A program made the position numbers and the translations under genes. A model generated the notes under the pieces. That model made no database searches, was not told the origin of the DNA, and was given only the letters and a program-made list of their open reading frames with translations. From Octopus sinensis (Eukaryota), in the NCBI RefSeq assembly GCF_006345805.1, contig NC_043006.1:64294001-64358000 (forward strand): 64,000 nucleotides of DNA, read 5' to 3'. Shown one piece after another: positions 11,961 to 22,859 of the stretch; within the stretch, counting starts at the first letter, position 1, and every line of letters starts with the position of its first letter.

Positions 11961-13879
11961 GCAATACAAATACTGCAAATTTATTTCTTGCTAGCTTTTT
12001 AATACTCTTTATATTAGATATATCAACAGCTTAGGTCTTGTTATTATAGCTGAGAATGTCTTATGTCGTTTCTAATAAGCCTTATTTTCCTACGTCATTG
12101 TTTAGTTGTCGCTAATAGGATTTCGTACCACAAGGGAGACCACTGTGTCATGTAGCTCACATGGCTATATAACAGCAATCTTTAAATTGTCGGCTGTAAT
12201 ATTAATATATAGAGCAAATAAATTATTTATTTATAGATCGTAGTCCTTAAGGTTGTGATACTAAACCTAAACAAGGCGATGTTTTCTTATTAGTAAATTT
12301 TTAAAAAAAGCAGTTCAAGTGACGTAAATTTCGTTATGGAACCGATAATAATAAATTATCATTATTTTCAATTATAATTATAACCATTATTTTCTAATTA
12401 TTCAGAAGTATAAGTATGGTTGATACAATCATAGTTTTAGCATAACATAACGGTTTTCTTTGTGGTGCCAAAACGTCGTTCAGCTCTAGGTCAGCTCAAT
12501 TCAAACAGACTCGTGATTGAATGTGCTTTAATAAAGAATTTTAGATATCTACCGGGGTCCCCAAAACAGTCTTATCTAGCCTTGCAAAATTTCTTTCAGA
12601 AGCCCTGTTGGACAGTTTGTTTCAGTCCAAGAAATGTCAGTGTAATGCCTAAGTCGTATATTCCTCTGATTCAATTCAAATGTAACAAAGATTGCATGTG
12701 TAGATAATAACCACACTAAAGTTTGAATTTCCATATATTTTAAGTTGTATGGGTATATTTACATATGTACATTTAACAAGTTAAGGATCAATGTTCAATT
12801 AATATAACAGTTAGAAATGATCAGTAGGTAACTTGCTGGATAGTGTAATGAAGATAGTGGATGGAAATTAATCACTGCATATAATTAATGTGTTTCTGGA
12901 CACTACAAGTAAAAGTTAGTGCTGTTTCGTCAACTACAGCATAAATATGTTACTTATAAATGAAAGAGGTGAAGAGAGAACAACTTGTTAAAACAAACTA
13001 CAAAGATTCCCAAAACAGCTTAGCAGTTCTCTGACTAGGTGTTGAATTTACCAGTCTTTTATAGCTGTTAACCGTCCTTCTAGAATCTTCAACCAAACTG
13101 TTTGTGGGGGAAATATACAAACTTCTCTTGAAGACTGTTGCCTCAATAAATTAAGTCAGCCATAAATTAAGCTAGCAGAATCGTTAGCATGCCAGGCAAA
13201 ATGCTTGGTGGCATTTTGTCTGTCTTTAAGTTCGGTGTTCAAATTCCACTGATGACTTTGCCTTTCATTATTCAGGATCGATAAAATAAGCACCAGTTGA
13301 GCACAGGAGTCAATGTAATAGACATAACTCTCCCAACAAAACTTCCGGCTTTGTGTGAAAATCAAAAACCGATATTAATCTGCCAGTGTTGGCAGGTTAA
13401 GCCATATTTCCATAGGCATTCTTACCTTTTCTGACAACACACTTACTTATATGGAAAATGTATTAGTTCATGGGTGTATATTGATGAAATCTGAGAGCTA
13501 TGGTTCAAATCTCAGCTTAGGTCTCACTGCAAGATGAAACTACTTTTGGGAAACGGAAACAAACGACCACGAAGATTCAAATGTACAGTAAAAGACTGGC
13601 TATTTTTAAAAAGGGAATTGGTCAGCAGGTTGCTTAAGCAAGAGCAATATTGCAATCTATGTTTTATCTTTTACTTGTTTCAGTCATTGGACTGCAGCTA
13701 TGATGGAGCACCACATTGAAAGATTTGGTTGATCAAATCAACCCCATGACTTATTTTTTTTAAAGTCTAGTACTTATTCTATCATTTCCTATTGCTGAAC
13801 CACTACGTTAAGGGACATTGTCAGGCGGTACAGGTACTCCAGCATGAGCTCAGTCAAATGACTGAAACAAATAAAAGAA

Positions 13880-14279
13880 TATATATATATATGCATGTAT
13901 ATATGTGTATATACATCTGCACATATGTATGTGTGTGGTGTGTGTATTATATATATTATATATATATATATATATATAATATATATATATCTGTATATGT
14001 AGATGTATATGTATACATGCATGATTATAGATGTATATGTATATCTATATATATACATGTATACATATATATATATATATATATATTTATGTATGTATAT
14101 ATATATATATATATATACACACACATACATATATATGCATGTATATATGTGTACATAAATATGTATGTGTGTATATATATATGTGTGTATATATTATATA
14201 TGTGTGTATATATATATGTATGTATATATAGATAGATGTATATGTATAGATCTATATATATATGTGTGTGTGTATGTAT

Positions 14280-14322
<43 letters not shown>

Positions 14323-14340
14323 TGTGTGTGTGTGTGTGTG

Positions 14341-14385
<45 letters not shown>

Positions 14386-14403
14386 ATGTATATAATATAT
14401 ATT

Positions 14404-14464
<61 letters not shown>

Positions 14465-14523
14465 GTGGTGTGTGTATGTATATATATATATAATATATAT
14501 ATATATATGTGTGTGTATGTATG

Positions 14524-14556
<33 letters not shown>

Positions 14557-14580
14557 TATAAAGGGTTTGAGGGATATATA
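13880..14580. repeat. Compound (TA)n/(TG)n/(TATG)n microsatellite. Similar tracts at 38330-38580, 47100-47200, 48340-48670, 58180-58300, 60900-61100, 62030-62340
   Basis: Directly visible; these tracts generate most of the spurious YI/CV/HT ORFs in the track. Confidence 0.97.
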
Positions 14581-14934
14581 TATTCAAAGAAATTCCAACT
14601 CTGTCTGTTTTTTATGTTTTATTTATATTCTTTATAATATTAATGTAGAATATAGAATATATAGTATAAATAATATATATATATATATATAGAACATGGC
14701 AGCCTCGCCTGGCACCTGTGCAGGTGGCACTTAAAAAGCACTCACTACACTCACGGAGTGGTTGGCGTTAGGAAGGGCATCCAGCTGTAGAAACATTGCC
14801 AGATAAGACTGGAGCCTGCTGCAGCCTTCTGGCTTCCCAGATCCCCGGTCGAACCGTCCAACCCATGCTAGCATGGAGAACGGACGTTAAACGATGATGG
14901 TGATATATATATATATATATATAATATATATATA

Positions 14935-14965
<31 letters not shown>

Positions 14966-15321
14966 GTAAAATGAAATGAAGCATTAATTGTCTTATTGAA
15001 TAGATGAAATGTTGAATATAAAATGTTAAGGGACTAGTATACTTTCTTGCATTTAAGCAGTCTTCAAGGTCCCAGGTTGTGACAGGAGTCTTTCAACACT
15101 CCTGTCACAACCTGGGACCTTGAAGACTGTTATAACGCATGAAAGTATACTAGTCCCTTAATATTTTATATTCAACATTTCATCTATTCAATAAGACAAT
15201 TAATGCTTCATTTCATTTTACTATATATATATTATTTATACTATATATTCTATATTCTACATTAATATTATAAATAATATAGATAAAACATAAAAAAACA
15301 GACAGAGTTAGAATTTCTTTG

Positions 15322-15325
<4 letters not shown>
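14581..15325. mobile_element. Long fold-back (palindromic) element with an RTE-tail insertion in its left arm; partial second copy at ~18480-18640
   Basis: 14964-15089 mirrors 15098-15223 and 14581-14690 mirrors ~15226-15325; 8-nt loop; the same hairpin centre recurs at 18600-18640. Confidence 0.8.
14691..14903 (+). mobile_element. Short RTE-tail element or 5'-truncated RTE end. Many copies, e.g. 90-235, 8860-8980, 27280-27470, 39360-39800, 60225-60525
   Basis: Shares aggaagggcatccagctgtagaaac...ccaacccatgctagcatggaaaacggacgttaaacgatgatgatg with the 3' end of the long RTE copies at 16099 and 31300. Confidence 0.8.
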
Positions 15326-15390
<65 letters not shown>

Positions 15391-15391
<1 letters not shown>

Positions 15392-15619
15392 CATTATATA
15401 ATTAGGGCTTAGTAAAATAAATTACTTTGCCACATACTGAACTTTCTAGAAATAGCAGCCAAAAAAAGTTTTTTTTAGCCATTTCCACTTCTTAAAGAAA
15501 AATTCTTTTTTTCTTTAAGTAGTGGAAATGGCTAAAAAAAACTTTTTTGGCTGCTATTTCTAGAAAGTTCAGTATGTGGCAAAGTAATTTATTTTACTAA
15601 GCCCTAATTATATAATGTA
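15391..15619. repeat. ~229-bp near-perfect palindrome
   Basis: acattatataattagggcttagtaaaat...ccatttccact is mirrored by agtggaaatgg...ttactaagccctaattatataatgt; related non-palindromic sequence at ~56040-56110. Confidence 0.85.
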
Positions 15620-15916
15620 ATATTTTGAATTCGCCTTAAATGGTCCTTTTACATACTGAATACTTGGTGAAATTGATTAATAACTAATTAATTTTACCCT
15701 CAATTGTTGATATATATATATATATATATATTGCAAATAAGCAAATGGAGGAGCACAATAGTTGGTTCATCAACTTTAGGACAATTAAATGCTAACTTAT
15801 TTATTTATTAAACTGATAATTATAATAACATACATACATATAGCATATTATTCTATGCATATAAAATAAGAATACAAGTAATTATTAAAAAACATGAATA
15901 TGAATTATTAAAATGA

Positions 15917-16038
15917 CTTACAGCTGTTTCAGCCCATAGATAAAAGCATCTCATTCTGCCTGTATTAGTCAAGTGTATTGAGGTAATAGGTAGTTGAAAA
16001 TGAGGTACTTGTATATATCTCTAGGCCTCGTCAGAGAT
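15917..16038 (-). ncRNA. Type-I hammerhead-ribozyme-like motif (intact core, weak stem I)
   Basis: CUGACGA 16034-16028; stem II GGCCUAGAG/CUAUGGGCU; GAAAC-AGCU-GUA with palindromic stem III; only 2 bp of stem I. Confidence 0.55.
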
Positions 16039-16098
16039 TATAAAGTACAATCATAATAAATATAAATATAAAACAAAATACACACACATTTGAATATA

Positions 16099-19000
16099 TC
16101 ATCATCATCATCATTTAACGTTCATTTTCCATGCTTGCATGGGTTGGACAGTTCGACCGGGGTCTGGGAAGCCAGGAGGCTGCACCAGGCTCCAGTCTGA
16201 TCTGGGAGTTTCTACAACTGGATGCCCTTCCTAACGCCAACCACTCCGTGAGTGTAGTGGGTGCTTTTTACGTGCCACAGGCACGGGGGCCAGAGCAGAC
16301 TGGCAAACAGCCATGATCGGTTGGTGCTTTTACGACATGGGTATCTTAACTACAATTTCCATTTGATTTTCATTTTGATGTTGGTGTTAATGTACTCGAC
16401 TCAATAGGTCTCCTCAAGAACAGCGGGTCACTCTACGATCCAAGGTTAGCACAGCAGGCCATCCTGCGAGCCATGGACTCACTTCATTTGTTGGGTCTTC
16501 GAAGTCAGAGCATATCCCCAGAGGTCTCGGTCTTTCGTCATAGCCTCTGTGAGGCTCAACGTACAAAGGTCATGCTTGACCACCTCATCTCATGTCTTCC
16601 TGGGTCTACCTCTACCCCGGATTCCTTCAGCAGTTTGGGAGTGGCACTTCTTCACATATCTCTCCTCATCCATCTGTAGTACATGACCATACCAACGCAA
16701 ACGTCTCTCCTGCAAGCTGCATCTGATGCTTCTTATGCCCAACATTTCTCTCAGGGCGCTTACACTCTGTCGTGCATGGACACTGACATTACACATCCAG
16801 CAGATCATGCTAGCTTCATTTCTTTTGAGCCTACGCATTTCCTTCGCAGTCGCGGCCCATGTTTCACTACCATGAAGCATGGCAGTTCGCACACATGCGT
16901 CGTACAATCTACCTTTCACTCTGAGCGAGAGACCCTTTGTTGCCAGTAGGGGAAGAAGCTTCCTAAACTTTGCCCAGGCTATTCTTATTCTAGTGGTAAC
17001 ACTCTCTGAGCATACACCCCAGCTACTAACTTGGTCACCTAGGTAGCGGAAACTATCAACTATTTCTACTTTCTCCCCCAGGAGTGTAATGGAATCTGTT
17101 TTCTGAGTATCAATGGTGTCTATTGCCCCTGTGCATCTGCCGCACACGAAAGCTATTTTCCCAGTAAATTTTCCTTTGATGTTGCTGCACCTCTTATGTG
17201 TCCATAGCTTGCACTGGGTACATCTTATGGAGTTTCTACCTACACCTTTTCTACAGATCGAGCAGGGCCACCTACCTGAAGGGGTGGGTGTTGAGTTTGC
17301 CTTCCTACTTATTAGAACTTTGGTTTTTGTTACATTGACTCTAAGGCCTTTTGATTCTAAACCTAGCTTCCACACACAAAATTTCTTCTCTAGTTCCGAT
17401 AGTGATTCTGCTATGAGGGCTAGGTCATCAGCATAGAGGAGCTCCCAGGAGCAACCCGTCTTGAATTCTTCTGTTATTGCCTGGAGGACTATGATGAATA
17501 GAAGGGGACTGAGGGCCTGAGCCTACTTGGACACCAACTTCTACCCAGAATTCTTCACTGTCCTCATTGCTGATCGTAACCTTATTAACAGCCTCTCTGT
17601 GAAGGGCCTGTACAGCCCTTATTAACCATTCGTCAATCTCCAGTTTCTGCATCACCCACCAGATAAGGGATCAGGGGACCCTGTCAAAGGCTTTCTCCAA
17701 GTCCACAAAAGCTAAGTATAGGGGTTTATCTTTGGCTAGGTATTTCTCCTGCAGTTGTCGAACCAGGAATATGGCATCGGTGGTGCTTCTACCCGGCACA
17801 AAACTGAACTGCATCTCATCTATGGAGACTCTCTCCCTGATGAGATGGGCTACGACCCTCTCCATGACCTTTATTACTTGATCCAGCAGTTTGATACCCC
17901 TGTAGTTATTTCTAACTAGAGCATCCCCTTTACCCTTGTAGCAGTTGACTATGGTGCTGCTACGCCAGTCGTTGGGTATGACTCCATCATGAACTACCTG
18001 GTTTACAATGCGGGTGACTAGGCTGTAGCCCACATCACCAGATGTTTTAAGCATCTCAGCAGTGATTCCTGATGGGCCGGGGGCTTTTCCTGGCTTCATA
18101 CACTTAATTGCTTTGTGTACTAGGGAGCTATCTATATGGATACCTGGTCCCCCTGCTGGGTCAACACTTGGCAGGCTCTCCTCCTCCTATTCATTCTCCA
18201 CATTCAGCAGTCTTTCATAATGGCTTCTCCAAGCCTCTTTCTTTTCAGAATCACTAAAAGCTAGTGCACCATCATCCATTCGAATTCGAACACGTTTCTC
18301 TCCTGTGACATCACAATTTTCTCTCACACATTGTCTTGCAATCCGAAATACCTCAGTTCTTTTTCCTTACGTCTCTGGACATTGGCAAACTTCTTCTTTT
18401 CTGCTTCGCTCTTGGCTATGTATACCTGCCGCCAAGCCTCTCTTCTGGCTACCTGGTACTTTTCCCCCATCCTTATATATATAGTAAAATGAAATGAAGC
18501 ATTAAATTGTCTTATTGAATAGATGAAATGTTGAATATAATATGTTAAGGGACTAGTATACTTTCTTGCATTTAAGCAGTCTTCAAGGTCCCAGGTTGTG
18601 ACAGGAGTGTTTCAACACCCCTGTCACAACCTAGGACCTTGTCTACCGTACTATTCCACCACCACGTAACTCTAGGTCTGGAAGGGACTTTGCACCAACC
18701 ACAGACTTGGTCTGTAGCACTCAGCAAGCTGCCCCGTAGGAATTTCCAGCTACTTTCTATGTCTGATGTCTGAAGCTCCTCCTCCCTCTCTTCAAATTTC
18801 TTGATGAGAATGTCCCTAAATGTCTGACCATGTGAAGGGTTCTTTAGCCTCCAAATCCTTCTTTTTTGGATTGGTTTGCTTCTTGGTATCCTTCTGGTCT
18901 TGAGACTAAAGTCACTAATGACTAACCTATGCTGGGGGGTACATTCTTACCTGGGAGGGTCTTTGCATTAAGAGCAACCCTGCATCCTACTGTCTGATGA

Positions 19001-19700
19001 GGATGAAATCAATCTGGCTAGCCGAGTCCCCCTATTGATAGGTTATAAGGTGGCTGTCTGGCTTCCTTAAGTTAGTGTTGCAGATTAAAAGGTTATATGC
19101 ATCACAGAACTCCAGTAGCCTGGTTCCCTCATCGTTTTGGGTGCCAATACCATGGCCACCGTGTACCCCAGTGAAGATACCTGCTTCCCGCCTGACATGC
19201 CCATTAAAGTCTCCAGCCACAAAGATGAGGTCACTGCCACTCGTGTTTGAGGTATCCTGTAGAAGGGTGTCGTAAAAGTGGTCCTTCTGATCATTTGGTA
19301 GCCCCGCATGTGGGGCATAGGCGGAGATGATAGTACCTGTGCTATTCTGCAGGACTAGCCTAAGCTTAAGTACTCTATCACACACCCTAACAACCTCTAT
19401 AACCTTATCTACCGATTTCTCTGAGAGGAGAATGTCTACACCCCCTATACCATCCATGTTACCTTACCAGAAAAATTTGTACCTATGTGCCTTGCCTGTG
19501 AGGACCCTAGCTGAAGCTCCTCTCTATCTTACCTCTTGTATGCAGCATACATCAACTCGTCTCCTTTCAAGCATCTCTACAATCTCACTAGACCTACCTT
19601 TTATTGTGCCAACATTGACAGTGCCAGCTCTGAAAACTGGGAAGGGAATGTGGGGTGATTTGGGGGAGAAGGGATCTGATTCAGCACCTGAAAAGAAGAA
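16099..19700 (-). mobile_element. Decayed near-full-length RTE-clade LINE (APE endonuclease + RT), (GAT)n tail at ~16099
   Basis: ORF pieces 19032-19457 (AYAPH...AGDFNGHV...RLLEFC), 17671-18099 (GKAPGPSGITAEML...YRGIKLL...AFVDLEKAFDRVP) and 16590-17375; frameshifts and stops; interrupted at ~18470-18640. Confidence 0.95.
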
Positions 19701-19734
19701 AAAAAACACTTGTGTATTAATAATTGGGTATTAT

Positions 19735-20175
19735 ACCAACAGTATATTGGATAAATATTATCCCTTAATGGGTTAGACCCACAACCCCTAACTTTCTTGG
19801 AGTTATATATATAATACAAATAAGAAAATGGAGAAACAAATTCAGTTTGTTCATCAACTTTTGGATATTATAACGTTGGATTATTTTTTCATTTTACAAA
19901 TGAGAACATCGATGTTCTCATTTGTAAAATGAAAAAATAATCCAACATTATAATATCCGTAAGTTGAACAAACTAAATTTGTTTCTCCATTTTCTTATTT
20001 GTATTATAAATTTATGGTAAAAATATTTCTTTACCTTCACCCATTTAATACAATAAATGAATTAATTGCATTGCAATTAAAAACATTTATGTATTAAGAA
20101 TTTGGGTACTTTACCAACAGTTTATTGGATAAATGATATCCCATAGTGGGTTACACCCATAACCCCTATCTTACT
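19735..20175. mobile_element. Non-autonomous repeat with an internal ~200-bp palindrome (19810-20010) and a terminal direct repeat; same family as 41560-42459
   Basis: Palindrome centred on gagaacatcgatgttctc; 19735-19790 repeats at 20115-20175; 19950-20175 aligns by eye with 42230-42459. Confidence 0.7.
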
Positions 20176-20177
20176 TT

Positions 20178-20221
<44 letters not shown>

Positions 20222-20227
20222 TAGATA

Positions 20228-20497
20228 GATAGATAGATGCCTTATGATGTTATCAGCCTCATGTATGTCAACTTGGTCAAGAGATGCACTTCGACACTTG
20301 GTGATTAAAAGATGTCGCCGAAGGCATTCTGGATCGATGTTAAACCTCTGCTGCCTTGTTTTCATTTCAGGTAGAAATGGTCTACGACACTGTTTATGTG
20401 GAAATTATGTGTGTTCGTTAGTATTTTCCGGGTTTTCACATCAATGGCTCGGATCTCATCAAGTGTCCAATCAAGCAGCCCAAATGTTGGTATGAGT
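20228..20497 (-). mobile_element. R4/Dong-like non-LTR retrotransposon fragment
   Basis: Translates IPTFGLLDWTLDEIRAIDVKTRKILT..HNFHINS, the post-RT region typical of R4-clade elements. Confidence 0.75.
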
Positions 20498-20498
20498 A

Positions 20499-20531
<33 letters not shown>

Positions 20532-20689
20532 TGTATGTATGTATGTATGCATAGGTGTGTGTGTGTGTGTGCATGTATATTACGGAAAACATTTTACTCA
20601 TCCTGCTCCACTCTTCATTCATGAGAAGATAGGATGGGTTTTGCACCCATATAATCTGACTGGTCAAAGAAAACTTCAAAAGTATGTGG

Positions 20690-21812
20690 TAGCAACTTCT
20701 GAAAATCAACAATATTTGGTATCGAGGTATTTTAATACAGCAGGAAAAGGGTTTAGCTCCCAAGGACATTCACGCTGACATGATTGATACATGAGAGGAT
20801 GACACTCCAGTTCTATCAACAGTGCAAAAGTGAGCAGCTGGATTTAGGAGGGGAAGGGAGAGGCTTGAAGATGACCCGAGGTCTGGATGTCCTGCAGCTG
20901 TCACCACTGAGGAAAACATTGATTGTGTTCACTACATGCTGAAGGAAGACTGGCGATTGAGTGTAAGCCAAATAACCAATGCTATTAGCATATCCTGTGA
21001 GAAAGTTGAGAATATTTTACACAATGAACTTGGCATGAAAAAGGTTTCTGCTTGGTGGGTATCATGTCTTCTGACACCTGATCAAAAGCACATCGGGATG
21101 ATCACATAACAGGTAAATATGACATTGTTTAAGGCAGATCCAGCTGGTTTCCTTCAATGATTTCTAAACCAGGATGGGTGTTGGGTTCATCACTTTAGCC
21201 AGGGACAAAGAGGCAATCCATGCAGTGAAAAACCCCTCCTTCCCTGCTCCAAAGAAGGCCAAGGTCATTTCATTTGCAGGGAAGATGGTGGCTTCAGTTT
21301 TTAGGGATACAAGAGGCATTGTGTTTACTACCTTCAAAAGGTCCACACCATCAATAGAGAGTACTATGCCAACTTGCTGAGGTAGTTATGAAAGGCTATC
21401 AAGACCAAACTCCCAGGAAAACTGACAAAAGGGGTCTTGTTTCATTGGGACAATGCTCCAGCACACAAGTCTTTGGTTTCAATGGCCATTGTGCATGACT
21501 GTGGCTTTTAACTGGTTGATCACCTTCCCTATTCTCTGAATTTGGCCCCATCTGGTTACCAACTGATTCCCAAGATGAAAAAACACTTGATTGGGAATCA
21601 GTATGGTAGTCATGATGATGTCATATCTGCTGTTGATGAATTTTTTGACCAACAGAATGAAAGCTTTTTTTACCATTGAGATTGAAGCATTACAATACCG
21701 ATGGAAGAAGTGTGTGGACTGCAAGGGGGTGGGATCTATGGTTAAACCTCATTTGGTAACGTTCCATGAGAGTATCTTAGTTAGCCTATGAACTTTTCAC
21801 CTGACCCTCATA
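20690..21812 (+). mobile_element. Decayed mariner transposon, 5' TIR lost, 3' TIR at ~21782-21812
   Basis: KGLAPKDIHADM HTH region, KVISFAGKMVASVF.D..GI and HLPYS..LAPS.Y motifs broken by stops; ends ...ctgaccctca-TA. Confidence 0.9.
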
Positions 21813-22859
21813 CTTCCAAGACCAACCGAGTATCTTTCTGCAAACATTGTCAAATTCCTGACCTTCGCTGCTACTACAAATGAGATGACAGCATCAAAAG
21901 GAGTTTCCTTGTCTATGTAAACTCACTTCTGATTTAATACAAATCTTCTACACTACATTTGCTACTCATTCTACAATTCAAAAATATTCTTCATACCTGA
22001 AGCTCCATTGTATCTCTACAGGAGCCATATTAGTACAAAATTAGAGCACTGCTCACACTTTCAGGTAGGTTTATTCAAGTCTGTGTTGTCCTTTCTTAGT
22101 AGAGTACAGAATCAAATATATTGTTTATTTTGGTGATGAATGTTGAAGCAATGCTAAAAGTTTGGTCTACTTCTACTGTTACTTCTAAGAAAAATGTTCA
22201 GACAAGCTCCATGCCCTGATCTTACTAGTCTATGACTTTCTCATCAGATCTCTGATAAATTTAGTTGGGGTTTAGAAAATCATACCAAAGCAGACATTGG
22301 AGTTTGGTGTAGCCTTCTGGCTCACCAACTTCTGTTGAACCATCCAACCCATGCCAGCTGGGAAAACGGACGTTAAATGATGATGATGATGATGCTGAAT
22401 GACAATGACAACAGCAATGACATCATCCATGATTACTGGATATCCAACAGACATACTGCAAGTCTTCTGTATAAATCATTTTCCCTAGAACTACTGAATT
22501 GCAGAATAAACTCTGTCCTTATTGTTTTCCTGGAGAAAACAGCATTGATTTCCTTCATTTTAATTTTCTTACCCGTTCTTTTATTCCCATATCCCTTTAT
22601 TCCACTTTATTTTAGCTCCTTTATTTTTATCTCATTTACTGTATTTTGCTGCCATCAGTTCATTTATCAGATCTCTTAATACCAGCTCACAGTATTTCAT
22701 GTAAATCTTTTATTATGTTATGGCATCCTTATTTGCTATCTTAAATATACATGTATATATAGAATTTTGGGTGGGGCACTGATTTCACCCAACCTTTGCT
22801 TAGCTGTGGCCTATTCGCCTGGTTTGGAGCGGGGAAAAAACTAACTTGGATTTAGTCAT

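Noticed and set aside
13789-14692. Long ORFs rich in YI/CV/HT (also near 38300, 48300, 58140, 60730, 61928)
   Set aside because: They are translations of (TA)n/(TG)n/(TACA)n microsatellites.
16590-17375. 261-aa ORF as a host gene or active retrotransposon
   Set aside because: It is the C-terminal part of a frameshifted RTE ORF whose catalytic region is broken.
22022-22064. Plus-strand 43-nt exon candidate with strong splice signals
   Set aside because: It lies in what appears to be a decayed minus-strand LINE relic, and no coherent chain of partner exons or recognisable protein was found.
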